Shown: positions 14,663 to 24,495 of the stretch, one piece after another | Numbering within the stretch: position 1 is the stretch's first letter | Layout: each line of letters starts with the position of its first letter | Assembly (NCBI GenBank): GCA_900555785.1 | Contig: USMO01000002.1 | Span: forward strand, 1 to 35,143 | Source: an uncultured Eubacteriales bacterium | GTDB lineage: Bacteria > Bacillota > Clostridia > Oscillospirales > CAG-272 | Reading direction: 5' to 3' | Length of the DNA: 35,143 nucleotides | Translations under genes and position numbers: made by a program | The notes under the pieces: generated by a model | Database searches by the model: none | What the model was told of the DNA's origin: nothing | What the model saw: only the letters and a program-made list of their open reading frames with translations

Positions 14663-16895
14663 AAACAGTCCTCCGGTTTTGTTTTGCGTTGATTTGTTCG
14701 TGAATTTCGCAGACCGTGCGGTCACATCGGATCTCGCACAAAACGTCTGCGGGGTGTGTAACGGTCAGCTGAATGCGGTTTTCGGTCCGTTGCCATGCAA
14801 CCGCGACGGTTCCGCCCGGAAGCGCATAGGATGCCTCGGCAGAATCCAGTTCCCGTACAAAGGACGGATGCACCTGTATCCGATGGCAGTTGACGATTTC
14901 CAATCCGGCAAGGGATCGGATGAACCACCGTACGACATCGCCGAGAAAGTGATGGTTGTGCGAACCGCATTCCCGCCCGTCCTCCGGCTGGAAGGATTCG
15001 ACCATAGCGGTTTCTCCGCGGTCGAGCAGATTCCGGTAAGAAGGAAAGGCTTTTCCGGTGACCATGCGATAGGCGGTTTCGCTCTCTCCGAAGTCGGACA
15101 GCACATGGAACAGCGTGTGCATACCGAGAAATCCGCAGTCGAAATTGCCGTTGTTTTCCCGGATGCGTGTCATCAGAAGTCCGAATGCTTTATCCCGTTC
15201 TTCCGGCAGAAAGATACCGTAATAAAGTCCCATCGCCTGCGCGGTCTGCGTTCCGTTTGCGAGCATTCCGGAGTTTTTGTCAAGAAGCACCCTGCGGATG
15301 CTTGCAAGCATTTCATCCCGCAGGGACGCCGCATCGGCAGCGTCCTTTGTCCGTCCGATCGCGGAAAGCATTTCAGCCGCTTTGTTTGCCATATCCATAA
15401 CCATGATGCTGTCCGTTAGGGCAAGCGGCGTGTCATATCGGCTTGACTTTTTGCCGACCGGTACCCAGTCGCCCAATCCGACGGAAACCGTACCGTCCTC
15501 ATTCCGCCGTGTGCGGATATAAGCGAAATAACGGAGCATGGCATCGGCGGTGACGGTGATTGCGCGGGTGTCGCCCCGCAAACGCCAAACGGTGTAGGGG
15601 AGGTTGACCAATACGCTGTCCCATGCGGGACCGTTTCCCCACGCAAAGCCCCAGCCGCCGGTCGGAACGATGCCGGGAAGCGCGCCGTCCTCCCGCTGTG
15701 CCGCTACGATGCATCGAAGCCATTCGAGATAGCTTTCGGTTGTATCGAACAGCAGGGACATCTGCGGCGCCGACATAGAGGCGTCACCGGTCCAGCCGTT
15801 TTTCTCCCGGTGCGGGCAGTCGGTCGGGAAGTAGTAAAAGTTGGAACGGTCGGAGTTGACGATCATGTCGAAAATGCGGTTGACCGTTTCGTCCGAACAG
15901 GAGAAATGCCCCGTGCGTCGCAAGTCGCTTGACAGCACCGGGTACGAAAGCAGACCGGCGGTTGCCTGGTCGGGACGGACACCGAGAACGAAGGCATAGC
16001 GGTAGCCAAACCATGCAAAGGATGGCTCGTAGGTCTCATCACCGCCCCGGGCATGATATTCCACGCGGGAAAAATCGGTGAAATAGAAGGGATATTTTTC
16101 TACGGGCTGATTATAGAGGTTGGACTGATCGAATTTTCCGTCTTTCAGTCGCTCACAGAATTTGATTACAACGGTTTGTCCCGGCTCTGCGTCCGTCAGG
16201 TGCAATTGACAGATGCCGGCGGTGTTCCTGCCGAAATCATAGAGGTAACCGCCGTCGCAGGGAGTGACGGATACGGGAGAGAGCGTTTCATAACGGCGGA
16301 TCGGTTCCGCATGACATTCGCAGAGTTCACCGCGCGGTGTATCGGCAGGCAATGCAGGCACCCAGCCGGTTGTGTCAAAGCCCGGAAGATTCCAGCCGGG
16401 GAGTTCCAGCCGCGCATCGTAAATTTCGCCCAGCCGGTATTCGTCAAACAGGATGGGGGAGGGATGGGTCAAAAAACGACTGTCCGCATAAAAGGACAGG
16501 CTTTTGCCGTTTCCGCCTGCCTGAAATTCAAGCGCCAGCTTCGGTGCAGACCGCCACGGAGCTTTGTCAAAATCCCAGACCGCACCGCCGAAATCGTTTT
16601 GAAATCCGTTTCCGAGCAGGATGCCGAGCACATTTTCTCCTTGCCGCAGATAGGGGGTGAGGTCATAGGCATCGAAGTACATCCGGTCATCCGGATTGCT
16701 GATATAGGGCGCGAAACAGCCTTTGGTTATTTCCTGCCCGTTTATCCATAAGCGGTAGAAACCAAGCCCACAGATTTTTAGATCTGCAGATTTTGGTCTG
16801 AAACCCAAATCAAACGCCCGCCGCAGATACGGAGCGGCAACATGATGCGTAAAATCACAATATTCCTGTGTGGCACAGATAAAGCGCTTTTCCAT
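14616..16895 (-). CDS. alpha-L-rhamnosidase, glycoside hydrolase family 78
   Basis: I chose the ATG at 16895 (AAGGAGAG upstream). It has the GH78 N-terminal pattern (LKICGLGFYRLWINGQEI...YDLTPYLRQGENVLGILLGNGF) and CPHREKNGWTGDA. Confidence 0.85.
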   Translation of the reverse strand: MEKRFICATQEYCDFTHHVAAPYLRRAFDLGFRPKSADLKICGLGFYRLWINGQEITKGCFAPYISNPDDRMYFDAYDLTPYLRQGENVLGILLGNGFQNDFGGAVWDFDKAPWRSAPKLALEFQAGGNGKSLSFYADSRFLTHPSPILFDEYRLGEIYDARLELPGWNLPGFDTTGWVPALPADTPRGELCECHAEPIRRYETLSPVSVTPCDGGYLYDFGRNTAGICQLHLTDAEPGQTVVIKFCERLKDGKFDQSNLYNQPVEKYPFYFTDFSRVEYHARGGDETYEPSFAWFGYRYAFVLGVRPDQATAGLLSYPVLSSDLRRTGHFSCSDETVNRIFDMIVNSDRSNFYYFPTDCPHREKNGWTGDASMSAPQMSLLFDTTESYLEWLRCIVAAQREDGALPGIVPTGGWGFAWGNGPAWDSVLVNLPYTVWRLRGDTRAITVTADAMLRYFAYIRTRRNEDGTVSVGLGDWVPVGKKSSRYDTPLALTDSIMVMDMANKAAEMLSAIGRTKDAADAASLRDEMLASIRRVLLDKNSGMLANGTQTAQAMGLYYGIFLPEERDKAFGLLMTRIRENNGNFDCGFLGMHTLFHVLSDFGESETAYRMVTGKAFPSYRNLLDRGETAMVESFQPEDGRECGSHNHHFLGDVVRWFIRSLAGLEIVNCHRIQVHPSFVRELDSAEASYALPGGTVAVAWQRTENRIQLTVTHPADVLCEIRCDRTVCEIHEQINAKQNRRTVYEPFSTEFCQLYPRL

Positions 16896-16931
16896 TTCGG
16901 CTCTCCTTTTTGAAATCGGATTATTACCTTT

Positions 16932-16969
16932 ATTATACAACTTTTTGACAGTATCTGCTTTATCATTTG
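16932..16969 (-). promoter_or_regulatory. box-dependent promoter P1 (GH78 operon)
   Basis: Minus strand CAAATGATAAAG (16969..16958), 20 nt, TATAAT (16937..16932). The -35 is poor (AAGCAG). Confidence 0.6.
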
Positions 16970-17042
16970 AGAAGATATTATTTACCGTTTATCGCAGGTG
17001 TGCTCTTTATGACAGATCAACAACTGTGAAACAATCAATTTG

Positions 17043-17080
17043 CAAATGATAAAGACAAAACAGCTTTTTTGTACTACAAT
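17043..17080 (+). promoter_or_regulatory. box-dependent promoter P2 (oxidoreductase-like gene 17114)
   Basis: CAAATGATAAAG (17043-17054), 20 nt, TACAAT (17075-17080). Confidence 0.6.
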
Positions 17081-17113
17081 AAAAAAGGGCAAACCCCGAT
17101 AGGGAGGTATATC

Positions 17114-17959
17114 ATGAAGAAAATCGGTTTTATTGACTATTACCTGAGCGAATGGCACGCGAACAACTATCCGGCATGGATCAAGGAGATCAATCCGGAG
17201 TTTGAGATCGCTTATGCATGGGCAGAAGTGGATGTTTCCCCGGTGGACGGTGTAACAACCGATGAATGGTGCGAGAAATTCGGCGTAGAGAAGTGTGCAT
17301 CCATTGAGGAGGTCTGCGAAAAGGCAGACTATCTGATGGTGCTCTCGCCGGACAATCCGGAGCGGCATTTGGATTACGCAAAACGGGTATTCCCCTGCGG
17401 AAAGCCCTGCTACATGGATAAAACCTTTGCGCCGGACGCAGAGACTGCAAGAGCCATCTTTGCGCTTGCAAAGCAATACGGTGTAAAGCTGTTCTCTTCT
17501 TCCGCGTTGCGCTTTGCGGATGAGTTGATCGACTGGCAGGAGCCGCTCCGCTCGGTGACCGTAAGCGGTTCCGGCAGACGGGACATTTACATGATTCACT
17601 TTGTGGAGATTGCCGTGCGGTTGATGGGCGCGGATGTGGAATCGGTTATGGCACTGTCGGGAAGCAAGAATACGGTGCTTGCCATGAAGTACCGGGACGG
17701 ACGGATTGCAAACCTGTGTATGTATGACACCAAGCACGCGCCGGGATTTGCCATCTCTCCCGAGAGCACGGATCCCGAAAAGCGGCTGAACTATGTCAAT
17801 ATCGGCGGCGATTTCTTCAAGCGTCTGATCGCATCCATTCTTGCGATGTTTGACGGCGCGGATGTTCCTGTGAAACCGGAGGAAACCGTAACGGTTATCG
17901 GTGTGATGCAGGCGGCAAGAACCGCAGCGGAGCACCCATGGGTGGAAGTCAGACTATAA
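17114..17959 (+). CDS. Gfo/Idh/MocA-like oxidoreductase (divergent, no canonical GxGxxG)
   Basis: ATG at 17114 with GGGAGG upstream. GKPCYMDKTFA matches the family's GKhVlcEKP segment. Confidence 0.55.
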   Translation: MKKIGFIDYYLSEWHANNYPAWIKEINPEFEIAYAWAEVDVSPVDGVTTDEWCEKFGVEKCASIEEVCEKADYLMVLSPDNPERHLDYAKRVFPCGKPCYMDKTFAPDAETARAIFALAKQYGVKLFSSSALRFADELIDWQEPLRSVTVSGSGRRDIYMIHFVEIAVRLMGADVESVMALSGSKNTVLAMKYRDGRIANLCMYDTKHAPGFAISPESTDPEKRLNYVNIGGDFFKRLIASILAMFDGADVPVKPEETVTVIGVMQAARTAAEHPWVEVRL

Positions 17960-17961
17960 AG

Positions 17962-18000
17962 AAAAAAGCGAAAGAGGCAAAATGCTTCTTTCGCTTTTTT
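17962..18000. terminator. bidirectional terminator between convergent genes
   Basis: AAAAAAGCGAAAGA...TCTTTCGCTTTTTT. Confidence 0.75.
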
Positions 18001-18017
18001 GCGGAATGTCGCTATCG

Positions 18018-20264
18018 TTAGCTTTCCGCTCCGTAGAAAAGCGATTTTCCGGAGACCAATTTCGCCGTTTGCCCGTCCGGCAGAATCAGTTCACCGTCAA
18101 TGCCGTCCGGCAGGTCGATTTCATAGCGCACCTGCCCTTCTTCAAAATGCCACGAGACGGAAATCTTTCCGGCGGGAGAGATAACGGAGCCTGCGGCAAA
18201 ACCGAGCCGCCGGTCAGGGCGCGGGGTGATGCGGACGCGGCGGTAGGCAGGCTCCGCGGGGTTGATTCCGAGCGCCGCGCCAAAGACCCAGTCGAACACA
18301 CAGCCGTAGGAATAGTGATTGAAGGAATTCTTTTCGTCGTCCCAGAAACTGCCGTCCTCGCGGATGCCGTCCCAGTGTTCCCAGATTGTGGTTGCGCCGC
18401 GGTTGACCGAGAACAGCCACGACGGATATTTTTCCTGCAAAAACAGGTTGTAGGCTTCCTTCAGATGTCCCGTTTCGGTCAGAACATGGAGCAGATACGG
18501 CGTGCCGACGAAACCGGTTGCCATACAACCGCCGTTCTGCCGGATCATCTCAAGCAGGGTATCCGTCAGCTTTTCCTTTTCCGCGCTGCCTTCATACAGC
18601 CCGAAGTGCAGAATCAGCACGATTGCCGTCTGCGTCTGTCCGATGACACGGCGGTTGGAAGACAGCCCGTCGAATTTCGGATAGAGGACAGGCAGCCCAT
18701 CCTTCATAAAGAGCTTGCGGAACGCCGCGCGGATATTGCCGTGCAGGGTACGGTACGCCTGCATATCCATGCCGAGCACCTCTCCCGCGCTGACCAGAAT
18801 CTGCGTGACATATGCGAAATAGGCGCTTGCGATCAGGTCGGTCTGCGTAGCGCCCTGACGGACGGCGGGGGACAGATCGGCATCTGCCGCCAGCCAGTCT
18901 CCGTAGTGATCGCCGCCGAGCCACAGATATTCCTCGGGTCCCTGCGCATGGATGAAATCTACCCATTTCTGCATCATGGGGAAGTGGCGGGCAAGCAGAT
19001 CTTTGTCGCCGTAAGCGCGGTAAAGCTCCCAGGGGCAGATGACCGTTGCATCGCCCCATGCGGCGGAAATTTTGGTTCCTCTGCCGGGCACTTTCGGCAC
19101 AACGCCGTAAATGCCGCCGTCCGCGTTCTGCTCCGACATCACATCGTTCAGCCATTTCGTAAAGAACCGTTTGACATCATAATTGATAGCCGCCGTGCGG
19201 ATAAAGACCTGCGCGTCGCCCAGCCAGCCGAGCCGTTCGTCGCGCTGCGGGCAGTCGGTCGGAATGTCGATGAAGTTGCTCCGCTGTCCCCAGAGCGTGT
19301 TCTGATACAGGCGGTTGACCTTCTCGTTTCCGCAGAGGAAGAAACCGGTCTCCTTCATGTCGGAGCAGATCGCCACGGAGACAAAGTTTTCGGGGCGGAT
19401 CTCCTCTCCGGCGGGGAATTCCTCGATCCGGATGTAGCGGTAACCCTGAAAGGTGAAATGCGGCTTGAGGACGCGCGACGTGCCGTCCAGCACATAGGTG
19501 TTGCGGCATTCGGCAAGCTCCAGATTTTTGGTGTAGAAGTTGCCATCGCGGTCGAGCGTTTCGGCGTGGGAAAGCGTTACGCGGTCGCCGGGAGCTCCGG
19601 TGACGGTGATTTCCGCGTATCCGGCAAGGTTTTGCCCGAAGTCAATCACGGTCTCGCCCTTCGGCGTGCGGATCAGCGCCTTGGCGTGAACCCGCGCAAG
19701 TTCGCGCACGGGAACGCCCTCGTCGGGAATCAGCCGGGCGGCGGGAGCGGCGTCGGGAACGGCATTGCCGAGAGATTCTTCTTTAGCCGTAAAGTCATCG
19801 GTTTCTCCGTGGTAGAATTCCGCGGAACGAATCGCATTCCGGTATACTCCCCAGCATTCGTCGGTGACGAGCCCCGTGACCGTGCCGTCCGCCTCCGTGA
19901 CCGAAAGTTCCGCCGCAAGCGAGATGTGGTCGGCAAAGATATGGTTGGTGTTGCCGCGCCCGAGGAAACCGACCGCCCAGCCGTTGGCGCACTGGATTTC
20001 CAGTCGGTTTTCTCCCGGAACGGCGAGGGGGAGCAGATTGTAGGTCTGCACCTGCAGGCGGTTTTGGTATCCGGTAAAGCCGGGGGCGAACAGCGCATCG
20101 CTGACGGGCGTGCCGTTGAGCGTGACGCGGTAAATGCCGACGCAGGTGACGGCAAGGGAAAGCCCGGTTTCGCTTCCGGTCAGCCGGAATGTGCGGGCAA
20201 AGACGGGGCAGGGGCTGATACCGATCTCCTGCGGGGATCGGATCCATTTTGCGCATGAAAGCAT
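18018..20264 (-). CDS. alpha-L-rhamnosidase, glycoside hydrolase family 78 (second copy)
   Basis: 748 aa with AKWIRSP...FRLTG...GIYRVTLNG, CPQRDERLGWLGDAQVF and a six-hairpin-type C-terminal region. Confidence 0.85.
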   Translation of the reverse strand: MLSCAKWIRSPQEIGISPCPVFARTFRLTGSETGLSLAVTCVGIYRVTLNGTPVSDALFAPGFTGYQNRLQVQTYNLLPLAVPGENRLEIQCANGWAVGFLGRGNTNHIFADHISLAAELSVTEADGTVTGLVTDECWGVYRNAIRSAEFYHGETDDFTAKEESLGNAVPDAAPAARLIPDEGVPVRELARVHAKALIRTPKGETVIDFGQNLAGYAEITVTGAPGDRVTLSHAETLDRDGNFYTKNLELAECRNTYVLDGTSRVLKPHFTFQGYRYIRIEEFPAGEEIRPENFVSVAICSDMKETGFFLCGNEKVNRLYQNTLWGQRSNFIDIPTDCPQRDERLGWLGDAQVFIRTAAINYDVKRFFTKWLNDVMSEQNADGGIYGVVPKVPGRGTKISAAWGDATVICPWELYRAYGDKDLLARHFPMMQKWVDFIHAQGPEEYLWLGGDHYGDWLAADADLSPAVRQGATQTDLIASAYFAYVTQILVSAGEVLGMDMQAYRTLHGNIRAAFRKLFMKDGLPVLYPKFDGLSSNRRVIGQTQTAIVLILHFGLYEGSAEKEKLTDTLLEMIRQNGGCMATGFVGTPYLLHVLTETGHLKEAYNLFLQEKYPSWLFSVNRGATTIWEHWDGIREDGSFWDDEKNSFNHYSYGCVFDWVFGAALGINPAEPAYRRVRITPRPDRRLGFAAGSVISPAGKISVSWHFEEGQVRYEIDLPDGIDGELILPDGQTAKLVSGKSLFYGAES

Positions 20265-20301
20265 TTGATTTTCTCCTTATTTTGAATGAGAATTGTTCTT
20301 A

Positions 20302-21162
20302 TTATTTGTTTTCTTTCCTTGAATCGCGGGGACTGATGCCGAAACGAAGCCGATATGCCTTTCCGAAGGAATAGACCGAGGAATAGTTCAGCATTTCCGC
20401 AATCTCGGTTACCTTCAGGTTTTTGTTGCGGAGCAGATAGCGCGCGGTGTTCAGCTTCTTGTCGCAATAGTAGCGCCGCAGGGTGATTGACGTGTTGGCG
20501 CGGAACAGCGTGGAGAGATAATTGTAGCTGTAGCCGAAATATCGGGCAACCTCTTCCAGACTTCGGATGGAATAGATGTGCGTGTCAATGTAATTCATGA
20601 TTTTGCGGCAGAGAATTTCGGAGGGAATCAGCTGCCCGGACGGCTTGTCCGGTTTCTTCTCCCGGAAGTCACGGAGCAGATACAGCAGCAACTGTGAAAA
20701 GATACTGCACAGCAGGGCTTCGGAATCGGGCTGTGGGGAATCCACTTCCGGAATGGCATTTGCAACCAGTTGCCCGATCCGGTCGTCCCGAAAGACGCGG
20801 TTTTCCGGCAGGTAGTTGGCGGCAATCAGTTCTTCCAATGCCTGTATCGTGTCGGGTGCGACCGAATTGAACGCGAAAAAGTCGAATTTCAGCGGGGTAT
20901 CCGTATCCGAGACGATTTTGTGAATATCGGCAGGGAAAGAAAGATAAATATCCCCGGTGGAGATGTGGGACGCGATATTGTTTGTGTATACGGTTCCGGA
21001 ACCGCCGATTGCGATGGTCAACTCAAACAGATTGGGGTGAACGTGTGACGGGATGACCGCACCCGGGGTACAGTATGCTCTCCCGATCTGATGAAGCTGA
21101 AAGGAATCATACAGCGGTTGGTTAAAAAGCCACTCTTTGCAAAAATGGTAATCGAACAGCAT
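20302..21162 (-). CDS. AraC family transcriptional regulator (N-terminal cupin, C-terminal double HTH)
   Basis: 286 aa with C-terminal HTH_18-like LEEVARYFGYSYNYLSTLFR...VTEIAEMLNYSSVYSFGKAYRLRFGISP. Confidence 0.85.
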   Translation of the reverse strand: MLFDYHFCKEWLFNQPLYDSFQLHQIGRAYCTPGAVIPSHVHPNLFELTIAIGGSGTVYTNNIASHISTGDIYLSFPADIHKIVSDTDTPLKFDFFAFNSVAPDTIQALEELIAANYLPENRVFRDDRIGQLVANAIPEVDSPQPDSEALLCSIFSQLLLYLLRDFREKKPDKPSGQLIPSEILCRKIMNYIDTHIYSIRSLEEVARYFGYSYNYLSTLFRANTSITLRRYYCDKKLNTARYLLRNKNLKVTEIAEMLNYSSVYSFGKAYRLRFGISPRDSRKENK

Positions 21163-21187
21163 ATTGGCTCACCTCCTCCTCCTTTTT

Positions 21188-21216
21188 ATTATACCGAAAA
21201 AAGGAGGCTTTGTCAA
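21188..21216 (-). promoter_or_regulatory. consensus promoter of the AraC-GH78 operon
   Basis: Minus strand TTGACA, 17 nt, TATAAT. Confidence 0.7.
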
Positions 21217-21274
21217 CGGTTTGTTTGATAATGTCAAATAAAAAGGCAGAAAATGGAACAAAACGGGCGAAATT

Positions 21275-21338
21275 GTAAGAAATGATATCTTTTTGCGTAA
21301 GAAAAGGCATTTACATTGGAATTGATGTGTTGTATAAT
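21275..21338 (+). promoter_or_regulatory. tandem GTAAGAAA half-sites plus the promoter of the secreted-protein operon
   Basis: GTAAGAAA at 21275-21282 and 21297-21304 (22-bp spacing), immediately upstream of TTTACA (21310), 17 nt, TATAAT (21333). Confidence 0.5.
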
Positions 21339-21531
21339 GAATGCAGAAGTGAAGCGTGTATTTTCTACTTTTTGCACAAAATTTTCATGCAGATCCAAAA
21401 AGAAGAAAAAAGCTTTCACGGATGCACAAAAACCACACAAAAAAGAAAGGAGGTTTCTGTGGCAGAAGCAATGCCTCATGGTAACCCGTAATCTTCTCGA
21501 ATTCTAATTTTAAGGAGGCTTTTTTACAACA

Positions 21532-23010
21532 ATGAAAAAAAGAACCAAACGTCTCATTGCGGTTTGTCTGTTCGTATTTCAGGTTGCACTCGTGTTTGGC
21601 GGCATCTCTGCTTTTGCAGGGCTGAACACCTATGAGGACCTCAGAAGTTACAGCATCTACCGCGTTGACCCTTCCAAGATGACAGCAGACGGTGTTGTCG
21701 GTGCTGACGAACCGTGGGAGAAGGTTCCGTTCAGTGAACCCGTTCGGGTCTACTGGCAGAATCTTGTACCGGATGAAACGCCGGCGAAATTCAAGGCACT
21801 TTGGGGAAGCGACGCTTCCGGTGCGTACCTGTATTTCTGGGCGGAACTGAACGATCCGGACGGTACGTACAACAACGGCGACATTTTCCAGTTCCTGGTT
21901 GACGAAACAGGAACGAGCACCAGCCCCTGCCAGGCAGGCGGCAGTGCAACAGGCCCTTGCCGCAGAACCACGATTCTTTCGCTCCGCGAGGAAACAAAGA
22001 CGGTCGGCAACTGGTTCGAATACACCGTGAAGCGGACCAATGACGGCAAGGACGTAACGGTTGAAGCAAAGTACACCTTCTCGGATGCGAAGTACGCAAC
22101 GGCGAATGCCGAAATCGGTCTGGACTTCCTGACCCAGCGGACAAACAGCGAAGGAAAGTGCATCACCCAGTGGGCTTGGTGCAACAATGATGCCCAGAGC
22201 AAGCCGAACATTGCGGGGCGCGCTACGCTGAAGAAAATCAACGCGGTTGACCTCGGCACGGTTGTGGATGAGGATGACGATGCGGTGTTCTACAATGCGG
22301 GTCTTGCGGTTGCAAGCTGCAAGAAGGACGCAGACGGAAACGTGACGCTTCCGGCAGAGGCTTCGGGCGCGGCTGTTTGCGCATGGAAGAACCGCTCGGA
22401 CAACAAGCTGTATGCGGCGGGCAGTACTTACAAGGTTTCGAAGGCAAACGAGAAATTCGATGCGGTAACACCGAATGTTGCGCTCCTGGAGGGGGCGAGA
22501 GTTCGTTTTGCAACAACCGGCGCGCTGAAATTCGAAGGCACGATCGAAGAGTTCGATGATGTTAAGGACTATGTGAAGAAGGTTGGCATTCTGTTTGTCA
22601 AGACCGCGGATCTGACCGAGGAGATCGCAGGCGCAGGCGCAACGCCCGCTTCGCTGACTGCTGCGGGGATTTCCTTCCAAAAAGCGGAGGCGGATGCCGC
22701 AGCGAGCTTTGAGGGGGTTCTGGAGAACCTGACCGACAAGAATGAGATGTGGTCTGCTCTGCCGTATGTTACGGTGGAACTGGCAGACGGCACAACGACC
22801 GAATTTGCAGGTACTTATACGGAAGAGAACAATTCGAGATCGGTTGCAAAAGTTGCGCAGGCGGCTTACGAGGATCGTTCTCAGCTCAAAAATACCGGCT
22901 ATAAGAACAAAGTGGGCAGTGAATTCGGCGTGACGGGCTTTGAAGTGCTTTCTTTCAGCCCTTATAACAAGACCGAGCTTGCAATTCTCAAAAAAATCCT
23001 TGGAGAATAA
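21532..23010 (+). CDS. secreted protein with an N-terminal CBM9/DOMON-like carbohydrate-binding domain (paralog 1)
   Basis: Signal peptide (..GGISAFA). The pattern ADGVVGADEPWEKVPF...KALWGSDASGAYLYFWAELND resembles CBM9. Confidence 0.55.
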   Translation: MKKRTKRLIAVCLFVFQVALVFGGISAFAGLNTYEDLRSYSIYRVDPSKMTADGVVGADEPWEKVPFSEPVRVYWQNLVPDETPAKFKALWGSDASGAYLYFWAELNDPDGTYNNGDIFQFLVDETGTSTSPCQAGGSATGPCRRTTILSLREETKTVGNWFEYTVKRTNDGKDVTVEAKYTFSDAKYATANAEIGLDFLTQRTNSEGKCITQWAWCNNDAQSKPNIAGRATLKKINAVDLGTVVDEDDDAVFYNAGLAVASCKKDADGNVTLPAEASGAAVCAWKNRSDNKLYAAGSTYKVSKANEKFDAVTPNVALLEGARVRFATTGALKFEGTIEEFDDVKDYVKKVGILFVKTADLTEEIAGAGATPASLTAAGISFQKAEADAAASFEGVLENLTDKNEMWSALPYVTVELADGTTTEFAGTYTEENNSRSVAKVAQAAYEDRSQLKNTGYKNKVGSEFGVTGFEVLSFSPYNKTELAILKKILGE

Positions 23011-23028
23011 AACACGGAGGATATTGCT

Positions 23029-24480
23029 ATGAAAAACATTCGCAAAATTGTTGCCGCCGCGCTCGTAACATTTCAGGTTATTCTGACTGCGGCAGTCGGA
23101 TTTATCCCCGCAAGCGCAGAGGCGGGAACACAAGGGAACGCCTATTCCTATCAAGTGTACAAGGCAGATGCGCCGATTACGGTAGACGGCGCGGTAACGG
23201 AAGGCGAGGCATGGGACAATCTCCCGTGGTCGGAAAATTTCAGTTGGCGTTGGTGTCAGAACAATTGGCATCTGAAGTCGGACTACATTGCTTCTTTTAA
23301 GTCGATGTGGTACAAGAATGCCGACGGAGAAGCATTCCTGTATTTCCTGTTTAACATCAACGACGAGGACGGTTATACGAACGGTGACAAATACGATTTC
23401 GGTATTGACGAAACCGGTATGGCTACGGGTGGACCGGCAACTGCTGCAGATGCAACGATGCGTCGTTCGGGCGGAACTTCTCTTGCAGAAGGAACGCTGA
23501 GCAAGAACACAAGCAAGGGTGACTATTATATGAAGCACGCCGTAAAGCGTGTTGACGCGGAACACCGTGTGACCTTGGAGATTGAATATAAGTTCTATGC
23601 TCCGGAAAACGCTGCGGACGGAAAGACGGTTGGCTTTGAAATCAACATTGAATGGCTGACAGACGGACAGTCGAATGCAATTTGGAGCGGCAACAGAGCC
23701 ACCAGCTGGGGAAGTTGGAACGAGGCGAAAAATTACGGCGCATTGAAGCTTCACGATGCGGCTGCAACCACAAGACGGGCTGCCAATATCTATAACGGCA
23801 ATGAAGTCGTTGTGTCTGCCGACATTACCGAGAACGGCAAATTTACCCTTCCGACAACCTTTGCGGCTTCTTCTAATCAGCTCGTCGGTTGGAAAGACGC
23901 GGAGGGCAAGCTCTACAAGCCCGGTAAGGAACTCACCGGACTCACCGCGAGCGCAACCTTTACGGCTGTGACCGTTGATTTCAAAACGCTTGACGGTGCG
24001 GCTGTCCGTTTTGCCGATCCTACGGGACTGCGTTTCTACTCGCAGGCTTCCAAAGCTGATTTTGACACGCTCGGCGCGGCTCTGACCGCAACGGGGACGC
24101 TGCTTCTTCCCACCGATATGCTCGGCGAGGGCGCGCTGACGCTGGAGGCGCTTGCCGATAAGAAAGAGAGCAAGGATTACCTGAACATCCCGAACAGCGG
24201 CTGGCTGAATGCAGAAACGGCAGAAGCCGACGGTTACTATCAGTTCAGCGGCGCAATCGTGAACATCAAGACTGAAAACTACGATCGCAACTTCTCCGCT
24301 GTCGGTTATTTCACCGTGACCTATGAGAACGGCGAAACCGCAAACTTCTACGGCGGCTATAAGGCGGCGAACGCAACCAGCGTTAAGACGGTTGTAACCA
24401 AAGCGCTGGAGGAACTTGCCGCAAATCCCGGTAAGTATACCGATGCTGAAAAAGCCATTCTCGAATCCTACACGAAATAA
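23029..24480 (+). CDS. secreted protein with a CBM9/DOMON-like domain (paralog 2)
   Basis: Signal peptide (..IPASAEA). VDGAVTEGEAWDNLPW...KSMWYKNADGEAFLYFLFNIND has the same architecture as the upstream gene. Confidence 0.55.
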   Translation: MKNIRKIVAAALVTFQVILTAAVGFIPASAEAGTQGNAYSYQVYKADAPITVDGAVTEGEAWDNLPWSENFSWRWCQNNWHLKSDYIASFKSMWYKNADGEAFLYFLFNINDEDGYTNGDKYDFGIDETGMATGGPATAADATMRRSGGTSLAEGTLSKNTSKGDYYMKHAVKRVDAEHRVTLEIEYKFYAPENAADGKTVGFEINIEWLTDGQSNAIWSGNRATSWGSWNEAKNYGALKLHDAAATTRRAANIYNGNEVVVSADITENGKFTLPTTFAASSNQLVGWKDAEGKLYKPGKELTGLTASATFTAVTVDFKTLDGAAVRFADPTGLRFYSQASKADFDTLGAALTATGTLLLPTDMLGEGALTLEALADKKESKDYLNIPNSGWLNAETAEADGYYQFSGAIVNIKTENYDRNFSAVGYFTVTYENGETANFYGGYKAANATSVKTVVTKALEELAANPGKYTDAEKAILESYTK

Positions 24481-24495
24481 AAGGAGAAACACACA

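Noticed and set aside
16958-17054. The inverted 12-bp boxes might be the inverted repeats of an invertible (phase-variable) promoter segment.
   Set aside because: No site-specific recombinase is nearby, and the arms are only 12 bp. Each box has a fixed 20-nt relation to its own outward-facing -10, which fits activator sites of divergent promoters instead.
12914-20258. Plus/minus shadow ORFs 12914..14257, 14463..15419, 16053..16751, 16982..17935 and 17982..20258.
   Set aside because: Each is antisense to a gene with clear family motifs (GH78 WTGDA/WLGDA, Gfo/Idh/MocA GKxxxxxKP). None has a plausible SD or a known motif.
21385-24492. A 1035-aa minus-strand ORF spanning both CBM9-like genes and their intergenic region.
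   Set aside because: It is antisense to two genes that have signal peptides, SDs and a paralogous relationship. Its product is Arg/Cys/Phe/Val-rich with no recognisable motifs and no SD. The open antisense frame follows from the sense genes avoiding TTA/CTA/TCA codons.
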